DNA of 64,000 nucleotides from Abditibacteriaceae bacterium (GTDB lineage Bacteria > Armatimonadota > Abditibacteriia > Abditibacteriales > Abditibacteriaceae): positions 1 to 64,000 of the forward strand of contig JANPJS010000070.1 in assembly GCA_031425655.1 (NCBI GenBank). Reading direction: 5' to 3'. This document shows, piece by piece, positions 10,125 through 19,872 of the stretch. The stretch's first letter is position 1. Every line of letters begins with the position of its first letter. Below the pieces are notes generated by a model. It saw nothing but the letters and a program-made list of their open reading frames with translations. It did no database searches and was not told where the DNA came from. Position numbers and translations under genes: made by a program.

Positions 10125-10137
10125 CAAAAGGATTGCT

Positions 10138-11712
10138 ATGAACCAAGTTTTTCTTTACGACACGACTTTGCGCGACGGCGCGCAGGCCGAAGGCATCTCA
10201 TTTTCCGTCGCCGACAAGCTGAAAATCGCCGCCAAACTCGATGAGTTCGGCATCCATTTCATCGAAGGCGGCTGGCCCGGCAGCAATCCTAAAGACGAGG
10301 ATTTCTTCGCGCTCGCGCAAAAACACAAGTTCCAAAACGCGGTTTTGTGCGCCTTTTCGATGACGCGCCGCGCCGGCGTTTCGGCGCGCGAAGACGGCAA
10401 TTTGAAGAAGATTCTCGCCGCAAAAACGCCCGGCGTAACACTCGTCGGCAAAACGTGGGATTTTCACGTCACGCAGGCATTGCGCGTCTCGCTCGATGAA
10501 AATCTGCGTATGATCGAGGATTCTGTGCGCTTGATGCGCGAGGAAGGCCGCCGCGTTTTCTTCGACGCCGAACACTTTTTCGACGGCTTCCGCGCCAACC
10601 CCGAATACGCCCTCAAAGTGCTGGGCGCGGCAGCCGAAGGCGGCGCCGAAGCTCTGGTTTTATGCGACACCAACGGCGGCACCATGCCCGAATTTGTCGC
10701 CCACGCCGTGCAAACCGTGCGCGAAAAACTGGGCGTGCCGGTCGGTATCCACACGCATAACGATTGCGAATTGGGCGTGGCCAACGCCTTAGCCGCCGTG
10801 CAAGTCGGCGCAACGCAGGTGCAGGGCGTTATCAACGGATTTGGCGAGCGCTGCGGCAATTGCAATTTGGTTTCGGTCATCGCCAATTTGCAACTGAAGA
10901 TGGGCTACAACGTGCTGCCGGACGCGAAAATGCAGCAGCTCACGCATTTGTCGCACTTCGTTTCTGAGGTCGCCAACCTCACGCCCAACGAGCGCCAGCC
11001 GTTTGTCGGTCGCTCGGTTTTCGCGCACAAAGGCGGAATGCACGTTGACGCCGTGCAAAAAGCCGGCGGCGCGGCTTACGAGCATATCAATCCGGAATCT
11101 GTGGGCAACGAGCGGCGCATTCTTGTCAGCGAATTGGCCGGCACGTCCAACGTGCGCGGCGTGGCCGAAAGCTTCGGTTTTTCGATGGAAAAAGGCAGCA
11201 CGCAAGCCGCCGATGTGCTGCGCGAAGTCAAGCGCCTCGAATCCGAAGGCTTTGAATTCGAGGGCGCCGAAGCAAGTTTTCAACTGCTGGTGCGGCGCAC
11301 TTTAGGCCACAAAGAGCATCTTTTCGATTTGCGCGGCGTGCGCGTCATCAACGAGCTGCGCGAAACCGGCGAATGGCTGACCGAAGCGACTTTAAAAATT
11401 GCCGTCAACGGCGAAATCATGCACACCGTCGCCGAGGGCGACGGCCCGGTTCACGCGCTCGACACGGCGCTGCGCCTTGCGCTCAGCCGCTTTTATCCCG
11501 AAATGTCCGAGATTCGCCTGACCGACTTTAAAGTGCGCGTGGTGAATACGCGCGAAGGCACCGCCGCCAAAGTGCGCGTCCTCATCGAATCGGGCAACGC
11601 CGAGCAAAGCTGGAATACCGTCGGCGTTTCGACCAACATCATCGAAGCCAGTTGGCAGGCGCTGACCGAAGCGATGGAATACGGCTTGACTTGCGCGAAC
11701 GGAGAAAAATGA
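10138..11712 (+). CDS. cimA: Citramalate synthase
   Basis: YDTTLRDGAQAEG, IEGGWPGSNPKD, GKTWDFHV, FDAEHFFDG, HTHND, GERCGN and FAHKGGMH motifs; C-terminal regulatory domain. Confidence 0.93.
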   Translation: MNQVFLYDTTLRDGAQAEGISFSVADKLKIAAKLDEFGIHFIEGGWPGSNPKDEDFFALAQKHKFQNAVLCAFSMTRRAGVSAREDGNLKKILAAKTPGVTLVGKTWDFHVTQALRVSLDENLRMIEDSVRLMREEGRRVFFDAEHFFDGFRANPEYALKVLGAAAEGGAEALVLCDTNGGTMPEFVAHAVQTVREKLGVPVGIHTHNDCELGVANALAAVQVGATQVQGVINGFGERCGNCNLVSVIANLQLKMGYNVLPDAKMQQLTHLSHFVSEVANLTPNERQPFVGRSVFAHKGGMHVDAVQKAGGAAYEHINPESVGNERRILVSELAGTSNVRGVAESFGFSMEKGSTQAADVLREVKRLESEGFEFEGAEASFQLLVRRTLGHKEHLFDLRGVRVINELRETGEWLTEATLKIAVNGEIMHTVAEGDGPVHALDTALRLALSRFYPEMSEIRLTDFKVRVVNTREGTAAKVRVLIESGNAEQSWNTVGVSTNIIEASWQALTEAMEYGLTCANGEK

Positions 11713-11715
11713 GAG

Positions 11716-11783
11716 GCAGAGCGGGGTTTGCGCCCTCTTCCAATCAGTGAATCTAATGCAAGAGGACGCAAGCCCCGCTCTAC
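11716..11783. repeat. GTAG-type REP doublet (inverted pair)
   Basis: GCAGAGCGGGGTTTGCGCCCTCTT ... AAGAGGACGCAAGCCCCGCTCTAC; the right arm read on the minus strand starts GTAG. Confidence 0.7.
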
Positions 11784-11803
11784 TAATCAAAAAACCATTT
11801 CCC

Positions 11804-12436
11804 ATGAGAATTTTCTTTCTGACAGTTGCTCTGATTTCCTGTGCCCTGCCCGCCCCGGCGCAGGATTCCGCTACGCTGAATCGCGCGGTTGCGTTGCTGA
11901 AAAGCGTGCCGCCGCGCGCGAATTTGGCGCGTTTGAAGAAGCTTTTACCGCGCGGATGCAAACTCGGCATGACGCAAAGCGCGACGCAGGGGCCGGGCAA
12001 AAGCTGGATCGTGGTGCCTTTTCACGGCGCCTTGAACGGCCAATTCGTGTTTTTCAACACGCGCCGCGCGCCCGCTCAGAAATCGGGGATGCCGCCACCG
12101 CCGCCCTTCGACGGCATCAACACAATGCTGATGCCCGGCGACGGGGTGCATTACGTCGAAATATTTCTCGGCCCGGCGCGCAAAAGTTGGAAAAAAGGCG
12201 CGCTAACAATGGAAACCAGGCGCTACACAGACACGCTGACCAAGAAGTTAGGCAAACCGGCGCGCCGCGAAAACACCGGCGAGGAAGGCGGCCCCGATGC
12301 GATAGGCTGGATGGCGGACTGGAAGCTCCCCGGTAGTCGCCAAATCGGTTTTCTGCACAGTTTGGCTCTGCTTTCGGGCGACGAACGCCCGCTTTTAACG
12401 CTCGACTGGCCCTACTCACAAATTTACAGATCGTAA
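11804..12436 (+). CDS. Hypothetical secreted protein
   Basis: Signal-peptide-like MRIFFLTVALISCALPAPA-QD; no recognised family. Confidence 0.65.
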   Translation: MRIFFLTVALISCALPAPAQDSATLNRAVALLKSVPPRANLARLKKLLPRGCKLGMTQSATQGPGKSWIVVPFHGALNGQFVFFNTRRAPAQKSGMPPPPPFDGINTMLMPGDGVHYVEIFLGPARKSWKKGALTMETRRYTDTLTKKLGKPARRENTGEEGGPDAIGWMADWKLPGSRQIGFLHSLALLSGDERPLLTLDWPYSQIYRS

Positions 12437-12440
12437 AATC

Positions 12441-12507
12441 AACCACAGAGAACACAGAGGGCACAGAGATAATTAAATCTCTGTGCCCTCTGTGTTCTCT
12501 GTGGTTA
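12441..12507. repeat. Long hairpin of the 9-nt-periodic (CACAGAG) repeat family between convergent genes
   Basis: AACCACAGAGAACACAGAGGGCACAGAGAT-loop-ATCTCTGTGCCCTCTGTGTTCTCTGTGGTT. Confidence 0.85.
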
Positions 12508-12510
12508 ATT

Positions 12511-13125
12511 TCAGGCCGCAACGCGCGGTTTATAAGCCGGGCGCGACTGCTCGAAGCGCGTAATATCGGCTTCGTTTTGCAGCGTCATGCCGATGTCGTC
12601 CAGACCGTTTTCCAAGCGGTGTTTGCGAAACGGATCAATTTCAAACGCGAAACTCAGGCCATCTTCGCCGACGAGGGTTTGCGCCGTCAAATCAATGGTG
12701 ACTTGATAGCCGAGTTTGGCCTGCGCGCGTTGCATCAATTGCGCGACTTGCGCTTCGGGCAGGACAATCGGCAAAAGCCCGTTTTGGAAGCAGTTATTGT
12801 AAAAAATATCGGCATAGCTGGGCGCGATGACGCAGCGAAAGCCGTAGTCGTCCAAAGCCCATGGCGCGTGTTCGCGCGACGAGCCGCTGCCAAAGTTGCG
12901 CCCGGCGATGAGAATCGTGGCGCCGCGCAAGGCGGGCGCGTTGAGTTCAAAAGCCGCATCGGGCGTAACGCCGTCGGACTGGTAGCGCCAATCGTAAAAA
13001 AGGAACTGGCCGAAACCGGTGCGCTCGATGCGCTTGAGAAACTGCTTGGGAATAATCTGATCGGTGTCCACGTTGGCGCGGTCAAGCGGCGCCGCGATAC
13101 CGGTGAGTGTTTTAAATGGCTGCAT
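12511..13125 (-). CDS. leuD: 3-isopropylmalate dehydratase small subunit
   Basis: [29 protein letters not shown] and GLDDIG motifs; GGAG RBS before ATG at 13125. Confidence 0.96.
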   Translation of the reverse strand: MQPFKTLTGIAAPLDRANVDTDQIIPKQFLKRIERTGFGQFLFYDWRYQSDGVTPDAAFELNAPALRGATILIAGRNFGSGSSREHAPWALDDYGFRCVIAPSYADIFYNNCFQNGLLPIVLPEAQVAQLMQRAQAKLGYQVTIDLTAQTLVGEDGLSFAFEIDPFRKHRLENGLDDIGMTLQNEADITRFEQSRPAYKPRVAA

Positions 13126-13132
13126 GAAACTC

Positions 13133-13486
13133 CTATAAACCCAACGCGCCTCGCAAGCGCGCATCTATTTCGTTTTGCAAATCCGCGCTGATGCGTCCTA
13201 AGCGGCACACAATCAGCGACTCTTCAATGGTAATCAAACTGTGCGTTCGGAAAACTGACCGCACTTTCAAGCCTATCGCCGCGAAGTCGGAATGCGATGT
13301 CTCCAAAAGAAAATCGCTGGCGATTCCAATCGGACGCACGACGCTGGAAATTGCCAGCAAAATCACATCGTCGCCCAAAGCGCCCGCCGAAACGATCAGC
13401 GCCGGACGAACTTTAGAACCGGTTAAATCCGTAAAAGGAAACGGCGCCAACACCACGTCACCGCGCTGAAAGCGTGAGGCTCTCAA
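13133..13486 (-). CDS. PemK/MazF family toxin
   Basis: [26 protein letters not shown] motif. Confidence 0.88.
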   Translation of the reverse strand: MRASRFQRGDVVLAPFPFTDLTGSKVRPALIVSAGALGDDVILLAISSVVRPIGIASDFLLETSHSDFAAIGLKVRSVFRTHSLITIEESLIVCRLGRISADLQNEIDARLRGALGL

Positions 13487-13722
13487 ACCGGCTCCCCGTC
13501 GTTCAGCGTGTAAATATCTTCGCCGTCTTCGTGCCAGAAATCGAAACTGCCGCCTACCTGCGCCAAGTGCATCAAGTCTTGCGTGGTGATGTCATCGGCG
13601 GCGGACTCGACTTCAATCGCTTCGACGCGCCGCGCCAATTGCAGCAAACGCTCCAATTCGGCGCGCGGAATCAAAGCCTGTTCGCCTACTTCCTGAACGT
13701 GAATCGTCGTCATAACAATCAC
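13483..13722 (-). CDS. Putative antitoxin
   Basis: Small acidic ORF ending [13 protein letters not shown]; overlaps the leuC stop and the toxin start. Confidence 0.7.
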   Translation of the reverse strand: MIVMTTIHVQEVGEQALIPRAELERLLQLARRVEAIEVESAADDITTQDLMHLAQVGGSFDFWHEDGEDIYTLNDGEPV

Positions 13723-15146
13723 TTGCCCTTATTCTGCTTGTCCCAGTCACGCACATCCACGAGTTTGCCTTCAATGGCGGCGGCGACGGCCATCGGCACA
13801 GAAACCAAGTGCGTGCGCCCGCCTTTGCCCTGCCGCCCCTCGAAGTTGCGATTGGAAGTCGAGGCGCAGCGTTGGCCGGGCGAAAGCGTGTCGGGATTCA
13901 TGCCCAGACACATCGAGCAGCCGGCTTCACGCCAGTCGAAACCCGCTTCGATAAAAATCTTGTCCAAGCCTTCTTTTTCCGCTTGAATTTTCACCAATCC
14001 ACTGCCGGGAACGATCATGGCGTGAATATCGGGCGAGACTTTTTTGCCTTCGGCGAGATGCGCGGCGAGGCGCAAATCTTCGATGCGCGCGTTGGTGCAG
14101 CTTCCGATGAAAACGCGCTCCAGAGGCAAACCGTCCAGCGGCGTGCCGGGTGTCAGGCCCATGTATTCAAGGGCACGCGCGCACGATTTGCGGTCGGTTT
14201 CGTCGGAGAAATCGTCGGGCGAAGGCACGTTGGCCGAAATCGGCAAACACTGGCCGGGATTAGTGCCCCACGTCACTTGCGGCGCCAAATCGTCGGCGCG
14301 CAGAATCACGGTTTCGTCGTAAAGCGCGCCTTCGTCGGTCGGCAGCGTTTGCCACCACGCGATGGCCTCGTCCCAATCTTTGCCACGCGGCGCGTTGGGG
14401 CGGCCCACCAAGTAATGAAACGTGGTTTCGTCGGGCGCAATCAGACCGGCGCGGGCGCCGGCTTCGATGCTCATATTACAAATTGTCATGCGCGCTTCCA
14501 TCGAAAGCGCCTTTATCGGCGCGCCGGTATATTCGACGACGTAGCCGGTCGCGCCGGCTGTGCCGATTTTGCCGATGATCGCCAAAATGATGTCTTTGGC
14601 CGTCACGCCGGCGGGCAGCGGCCCGTCGCCTTCGACGCGAATTTCCATCGTTTTCGGCTTGCTTTGCGGCAGCGTTTGCGTGGCCAAAACGTGCTCGACT
14701 TCGCTCGTGCCGATGCCAAAAGCCAAAGCGCCAAACGCGCCGTGCGTGGCCGTGTGCGAGTCGCCGCACACGATAGTCATGCCCGGCTGCGTGAAGCCCT
14801 GCTCCGGCCCAATAACATGGACAATGCCCTGTCGCGGGTCACCCAAGCCGTAACAGGTCACGCCGAATTCGCGGCAGTTTTCGGTTAATGTCGCCATCTG
14901 CTTGGCCGAAATTTGGTCAAGAATCGGCAAGCTGCGGTCGGTCGTCGGCACGTTGTGATCCATCGTCGCCAACGTCAGTTCAGGGCGCCGCACCGTGCGT
15001 CCGGTGAGACGCAGCGCCTCAAAAGCCTGCGGCGAGGTCACTTCGTGGACGAGGTGCAAATCAATGTAAAGCAGAGCGCGCCCGTTGGCTTCGTGGACAA
15101 CGTGCGCATCCCAGATTTTTTCAAACAGTGTTTTTGGTTTCGACAT
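13719..15146 (-). CDS. leuC: 3-isopropylmalate dehydratase large subunit
   Basis: [37 protein letters not shown] and [12 protein letters not shown] motifs. Confidence 0.97.
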   Translation of the reverse strand: MSKPKTLFEKIWDAHVVHEANGRALLYIDLHLVHEVTSPQAFEALRLTGRTVRRPELTLATMDHNVPTTDRSLPILDQISAKQMATLTENCREFGVTCYGLGDPRQGIVHVIGPEQGFTQPGMTIVCGDSHTATHGAFGALAFGIGTSEVEHVLATQTLPQSKPKTMEIRVEGDGPLPAGVTAKDIILAIIGKIGTAGATGYVVEYTGAPIKALSMEARMTICNMSIEAGARAGLIAPDETTFHYLVGRPNAPRGKDWDEAIAWWQTLPTDEGALYDETVILRADDLAPQVTWGTNPGQCLPISANVPSPDDFSDETDRKSCARALEYMGLTPGTPLDGLPLERVFIGSCTNARIEDLRLAAHLAEGKKVSPDIHAMIVPGSGLVKIQAEKEGLDKIFIEAGFDWREAGCSMCLGMNPDTLSPGQRCASTSNRNFEGRQGKGGRTHLVSVPMAVAAAIEGKLVDVRDWDKQNKGK

Positions 15147-15166
15147 GGTTTTCCTCTGAATTACGG

Positions 15167-15382
15167 TCAGGTGACAGGCACTAATTCGCCTTTAGGTTCG
15201 GGAATCGGACGACCTTCTTCGCGCAGCACGTCCAACCAGAAGGGTATCAGAGCGTTCATCTCGCGCAAGGCTTCTTCGGGCGAAGCGCCATGCGCCGTGC
15301 AGCCTGCGCCTAACTCCGGCGCGTGTGATAGGAAAAGTTGATCTTCCTCGCTCCACCAGATGACAATTTCGTATTTGTGCAT
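15167..15382 (-). CDS. hicB: HicB family antitoxin
   Basis: [11 protein letters not shown]...PEL.GC.AHG.SPEEA...GRPIPEPK. Confidence 0.88.
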   Translation of the reverse strand: MHKYEIVIWWSEEDQLFLSHAPELGAGCTAHGASPEEALREMNALIPFWLDVLREEGRPIPEPKGELVPVT

Positions 15383-15633
15383 TACTCGTCCTCAATTTCC
15401 AAAGTTTGCAGCTTTTCGCGGGTTTGTTTGACCTTATAAGGTGCCGCGTGGTGCCCTGACGGTTGCAAATTGATGGGAATTTCCAAATCACTGCGAGTAA
15501 AGATATGGTGGCTGCCGCGCACTCGCAACGTAAAACCGAGCCTTCGCAGCAGCCACACCAAATCTTCAAACTCGATATTGTTGTCGGCTTCGCCGGACAA
15601 CACGCGGCGCAGCACCTTCTCGAATTTGCTCAT
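15382..15633 (-). CDS. hicA: HicA family toxin
   Basis: FEDL..LL..LGF..RVRGSHHIF...INLQP; overlaps the leuA stop. Confidence 0.88.
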   Translation of the reverse strand: MSKFEKVLRRVLSGEADNNIEFEDLVWLLRRLGFTLRVRGSHHIFTRSDLEIPINLQPSGHHAAPYKVKQTREKLQTLEIEDE

Positions 15634-17459
15634 GCTAAAGCGCGATTGACGGCGCTGACAACCGCTTTAATCGAAGCGAGTTCGATGTTAGTGTCAATGG
15701 CCGCGCCATAAAACGTGGCGCCGTCCGGCTGGCCGATCTGGATGTAAGAAACGGCACGCGCTTCGGCTCCGCCTTCCAGTGAATGTTCGGCGAAATTCAG
15801 AATGTCAAACGGCAAGACATTAGCATCACGCAAGGCTTCGACAAAAGCGTCAATCGGGCCATTGCCCTGCCCGCGCAATTCTTTGTTTTCGCCATTCCAG
15901 ACGACGTGGGCGCGGCATTCGACATCGCCGCTTTGCGTGGTCAGAGCGCGGAATTTTTCGAGTTTTATCGGCGTTTCGCGGCCCAGATATTCGCGCTCGA
16001 AAATCTCGTAGATTTCCTGAATCGCTATCTCGCGGCCCAATTCGTCGGCGACACGGTTCATGATTTTGCCGAACTCGACGCGCATCATTTTGGGCAGCGT
16101 GAAGCCGAAATAATTTTCCAGAATAAACGCCGCGCCGCCTTTGCCGCTTTGCGAATTGTAGCGAATAATCGCCTCGTAAGTGCGCCCGATGTCCTTCGGG
16201 TCAAGCGGCAAATACGGCACTTCCCACAGCGCATCCGCCTCGCTGTTCATGGCCGCGAAGCCTTTGTTAATCGCGTCCTGATGGCTGCCGGAAAACGCGG
16301 TAAAGACCAAATCTCCCGCATACGGATGGCGCTCGTGAACGGTCATGCGCGTGCAACGCTCGTAAACGTCGCGGATTAACGGCAAATCAGACAAATCAAG
16401 CTGCGGGTCAACGCCCTGCGTGTAGAGATTGAGCGCCACGGTCGTCACGTCCAAGTTGCCCGTCCGCTCGCCGTTGCCGAAAAGCGTGCCTTCGACGCGG
16501 TCGGCGCCCGCCAACAAGCCCAGTTCGGTCGCCGCCGTGCCGGTTCCGCGATCATTGTGCGTGTGCAGCGAAATAATCGCCGTTTCGCGGTTTTTCAAGT
16601 TATTGCAAAACCACTCGATTTGGTCGGCGTGAACATTGGGCGTGAAGCTTTCAACGGTCGCCGGCAAGTTGAGAATGATTTTGTTTTCGACTGTCGGCTG
16701 CCAAACGCCGGCGACGGCATCGCAGACTTCGAGCGAATACTCCAACTCGGTCAAAACGAAGCTTTCCGGCGAATATTCGAGTGTCCAGCGTGTTTGCGGA
16801 CGCGCGTCGGCGAGTTCTTTAATCAAAGTCGCGCCGCGCACCGCGATAGCCTTGATTTCGTCCTTCGACAAGCCGAAAACGATGCGCCGCTGCGCCGGAT
16901 TGGTCGAGTTGTAAAGATGAACAATTGCTTGTTTCGCGCCTTCGAGCGCCTCGAAGCTGCGGCGAATCAATTCTTCGCGCGCCTGCACCAAAACCTGAAC
17001 CGTCACGTCGTCAGGAATGAGCTTTTCTTCGATGAGGCGACGGCAAAAGTCGAATTCGATTTGACTGGCCGAAGGAAACCCGATTTCGATTTGCTTGAAG
17101 CCGATGTCGCACAGCAAGCGAAACATATCCAGCTTTTCTTCGATGCTCATCGGAATCGCCAGCGCTTGATTGCCGTCGCGCAAATCGACGCTGCACCAGA
17201 GCGGCGCCTTGGTGATTTGCTTGTCGGGCCAAGTGCGGTCTTTTAAGGGCACCGGCGCAAAAGCGCGATATTTGCTGATAGGATGCTTTTGCATTCCGGT
17301 CGCCGCGCGCTCGTTAATGGCGTGAACGCCGTTCGCTGGTGAAGGTGGCGTTGACGTAGGAAGCAGCGCGCCCACCACCTTTTCCTGAGTCGTGCCATTT
17401 ACGCCATTCGTGCCGTTGACCGCTGTTGCGGCCACTACATTTACGTCCGTTGGGGACAT
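15630..17459 (-). CDS. leuA: 2-isopropylmalate synthase (yeast/actinobacterial type) with a low-complexity N-terminal extension
   Basis: WCSVDLRDGNQAL, EYSPESF, HTHNDRG, GNGERTGN, AFSGSHQDAI and NSQSGKGG motifs; GGAGG RBS before 17459. Confidence 0.95.
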   Translation of the reverse strand: MSPTDVNVVAATAVNGTNGVNGTTQEKVVGALLPTSTPPSPANGVHAINERAATGMQKHPISKYRAFAPVPLKDRTWPDKQITKAPLWCSVDLRDGNQALAIPMSIEEKLDMFRLLCDIGFKQIEIGFPSASQIEFDFCRRLIEEKLIPDDVTVQVLVQAREELIRRSFEALEGAKQAIVHLYNSTNPAQRRIVFGLSKDEIKAIAVRGATLIKELADARPQTRWTLEYSPESFVLTELEYSLEVCDAVAGVWQPTVENKIILNLPATVESFTPNVHADQIEWFCNNLKNRETAIISLHTHNDRGTGTAATELGLLAGADRVEGTLFGNGERTGNLDVTTVALNLYTQGVDPQLDLSDLPLIRDVYERCTRMTVHERHPYAGDLVFTAFSGSHQDAINKGFAAMNSEADALWEVPYLPLDPKDIGRTYEAIIRYNSQSGKGGAAFILENYFGFTLPKMMRVEFGKIMNRVADELGREIAIQEIYEIFEREYLGRETPIKLEKFRALTTQSGDVECRAHVVWNGENKELRGQGNGPIDAFVEALRDANVLPFDILNFAEHSLEGGAEARAVSYIQIGQPDGATFYGAAIDTNIELASIKAVVSAVNRALA

Positions 17460-17589
17460 CGCTAACCTCCTTTGTCTAAACTTAAATTTTCACCTCCGAG
17501 ACGCAAAGACGTTGAGAGTTTGTGGAATCTCGGTGCCTCTGCGTCTCTGTGGTTAATTACATCTTTATCGGCCTGTATGCGGAGTGGTC

Positions 17590-17937
17590 TTAGGGAGCGT
17601 TTTTTTCGCCATCGTAAGGCTTCTTGCTGTAAATCCCTTTTCCCCATGGGCCTTGGCCTTTCGGTGGGAAATAGAACTTCATAAGAAGGGCAAACAACTT
17701 TTGGGGCAATGCGATTGACCACCAGCCGATGGTTCCCGCGACAGCCAAAACGGCGACGGTCAAGATCCCGAAAATGTAAGTTAGCTGATACATGTTCGCA
17801 GTGCCCTCGACCTTAATAACTGCGCCGGGGACCCGGTCAGCTACTATCTCTAAGACAAAAAGACCATGATACAGCCCAATTCCAAGGCCGATTAACCTGC
17901 AAGCTGCTGCCAACCATCTCAGATCTGGTTTCCACAT
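17590..17937 (-). CDS. Hypothetical membrane protein (lower GC) between ilvC and leuA
   Basis: 115-aa ORF with two hydrophobic segments. Confidence 0.45.
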   Translation of the reverse strand: MWKPDLRWLAAACRLIGLGIGLYHGLFVLEIVADRVPGAVIKVEGTANMYQLTYIFGILTVAVLAVAGTIGWWSIALPQKLFALLMKFYFPPKGQGPWGKGIYSKKPYDGEKNAP

Positions 17938-17970
17938 TTGATAGGATTGGCAGCAGGCGTCTGCCGCTTC

Positions 17971-18963
17971 TTACTTGCCCTTCATCCAACTCATGTTGCC
18001 TCGCAGTTCGGCGCCGACGGTTTCGATCTGGCTGTCGGCTTCTTCCTGCAGCTTCGAGGTGAAGTTCGGGCGGCCTGAAGTGTTTTCGTTCATCCATTCT
18101 TTGGCGAATTCGCCGGATTGGATTTCACCCAAAATCTTCTTCATTTCTTCGCGCGTTTGAGCGTTGATGATGCGCTTGCCGCGTGTCACGTCGCCCCATT
18201 TGGCGGTGTCGGAAATCGCGGCGCGCATTCCCGTGATGCCTTTTTCATACATCAGGTCAACGATCAGTTTCAGTTCGTGCAGGCACTCGAAATAGGCCAT
18301 TTCCGGCGCGTAACCGGCTTCGACTAAGGTTTCAAAGCCGGCGCGCACCAATTCACTGGCGCCGCCGCACAAAACGGCTTGTTCGCCAAAAAGGTCTGTT
18401 TCGGTTTCTTCCTGAAAGTTGGTTTCGTAAACCGCCGCGCGCGTGGCGCCCAAAGCTTTGGCGTAAGCGAGGCCGATGGCTTTGGCATTGCCGGTCGCGT
18501 CCTGATGAATCGCCAAAAGCGCCGGGACGCCTTTGCCTTCTTCATACTGGCGGCGCACGAACGGGCCGGGGCCTTTAGGCGCAACCATTAATACGTCCAC
18601 GTCGGTTGGCGGCGTGATGAAGCCGAAATGCACGTTAAATCCGTGCGAAAACAGCATCGCTTTGCCCGCCGTGAGGTGCGGCTTGACCTGATTTTCGTAA
18701 ATCTCGGCTTGCAAATGGTCTTGCGTGAGAATCTGAATCACATCGCCGCGCGCGGCGGCTTCTTCGGTTTCCACAACTTCCATGCCCTCGGCTAAAGCCG
18801 CATCGCGCGACTTGCCCGGACGCACGCCAATCAGCACTTTGACGCCCGAATCGCGCAAACAGAGGCTTTGCCCGCGTCCCTGACTGCCGAAGCCGATGAC
18901 CGACACCGTTTTGCCCTCAAGGGCCTTCAAATCCGCGTCCTGATCGTAATAAATCTGTGCCAC
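17971..18963 (-). CDS. ilvC: Ketol-acid reductoisomerase
   Basis: [34 protein letters not shown] and [15 protein letters not shown] motifs; GTG start with GGAG RBS. Confidence 0.96.
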   Translation of the reverse strand: MAQIYYDQDADLKALEGKTVSVIGFGSQGRGQSLCLRDSGVKVLIGVRPGKSRDAALAEGMEVVETEEAAARGDVIQILTQDHLQAEIYENQVKPHLTAGKAMLFSHGFNVHFGFITPPTDVDVLMVAPKGPGPFVRRQYEEGKGVPALLAIHQDATGNAKAIGLAYAKALGATRAAVYETNFQEETETDLFGEQAVLCGGASELVRAGFETLVEAGYAPEMAYFECLHELKLIVDLMYEKGITGMRAAISDTAKWGDVTRGKRIINAQTREEMKKILGEIQSGEFAKEWMNENTSGRPNFTSKLQEEADSQIETVGAELRGNMSWMKGK

Positions 18964-18982
18964 GTTATCTCCTTGATTTTGA

Positions 18983-19123
18983 TTAACCGCAGAGGACGCG
19001 GAGGACGCAGGGAGGAATTGAGAGAAGGGGAATGGGATGTGAAATGTAATCACATTTGGTTTCTTGTTTTCCCGTTTCCGATCCCTCAAATCCTCTCTGC
19101 GTCCTCCGCGTCCTCTGCGGTTA
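18983..19123. repeat. Inverted pair of the 9-nt-periodic repeat family
   Basis: TTAACCGCAGAGGACGCGGAGGACGCAG ... CTGCGTCCTCCGCGTCCTCTGCGGTTAA. Confidence 0.85.
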
Positions 19124-19415
19124 ATTGAAACTTGCTCCACATCCAGCCCAACGCCGCGCCGAGCGCGACGAACAACACGACTTCGCCCAACAGCACGACC
19201 ACTTTATCCAAACCGAAATAGCCGGTTTGCGGGTCGAAGCGCGTCAGGTATTTGTGCATCTGCCACAACGGAAAAATCAGCGCGCCCGGAATGGCGCCGA
19301 TGAGTCCGCGTGGGCCGAGCGCGCGATAGCCGGCAAACGCGCCCCACAGCGCCAAAATCACAGCGCAAATCAGCACCAATTTTTCCGACTGCGCGGGCGA
19401 AATTAATTCTTGCAT
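19086..19415 (-). CDS. Hypothetical membrane protein, first gene after the T-box
   Basis: Three hydrophobic segments; C-terminus ([11 protein letters not shown]) is encoded by the repeat. Confidence 0.6.
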   Translation of the reverse strand: MQELISPAQSEKLVLICAVILALWGAFAGYRALGPRGLIGAIPGALIFPLWQMHKYLTRFDPQTGYFGLDKVVVLLGEVVLFVALGAALGWMWSKFQLTAEDAEDAERI

Positions 19416-19429
19416 GGCTTTTCAGGCAC

Positions 19430-19775
19430 AAAAAAATCCCCCGCCCCGATGCCGCGATTGTCATCGCCAACTGCGGGACGAGAGATTATCTCCCGTGATA
19501 CCACCCACATTCCGCTGCGCGGAGTTGAAAGTTATGAGTGTTTAGTTTTGAGTTAAAACATCAACTCAAAATTTAAAACTCAAAACTCAAAACTACCGTT
19601 CAAACGGCACTTCATTAAACGCTGTTACGGGCGCTCCCGATTCAAACTACTCGGCAAATAGCTTTTCACTTGAATGGCTCCGAGGCGAGTTCGGCTTTGC
19701 GCGCTATCTCTTTCGCACCACATCAAGAGATTCTCTCAAACGCCCGACAGCTTACTACTCCTCATCACGGCCTTT
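19430..19775 (-). ncRNA. T-box riboswitch, leucine specifier (CUC)
   Basis: Minus strand reads GCCGTGATGAGGAGTAGTA (stem I), GAGAGA, GGTGCGA, specifier loop GAA-CTC (19687-19689), AGTA box, GCCCGTAAC, then T-box AATGTGGGTGGTATCACG (about 19493-19510) and a terminator ending in U7 at 19430-19436. It lies upstream of the ilv/leu genes. Confidence 0.88.
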
Positions 19776-19790
19776 CTAATTGTCGAAAAT

Positions 19791-19841
19791 AGGATAGGAA
19801 GATTGCGCGCCGTTGTCAATCGAAGCGCGCGGGGCTATCCT
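19791..19841. promoter_or_regulatory. Overlapping divergent promoters (T-box/leu operon and GH4 gene)
   Basis: Minus strand: TTGACA (19819-19814)-17-TATCCT. Plus strand: TTGTCA (19813-19818)-17-TATCCT. Confidence 0.55.
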
Positions 19842-19872
19842 CAACCGGAGCAACTTACAGGAGAACTTTTTC

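Noticed and set aside
13809..14888. 359-aa plus-strand ORF and similar long overlapping ORFs
   Set aside because: Antisense shadows of leuC and other high-GC genes; no recognisable motifs.
18964..19140. N-terminal extension of IlvC given in the ORF track
   Set aside because: It is translated repeat sequence; the GTG at 18963 has an RBS and matches the usual IlvC start.
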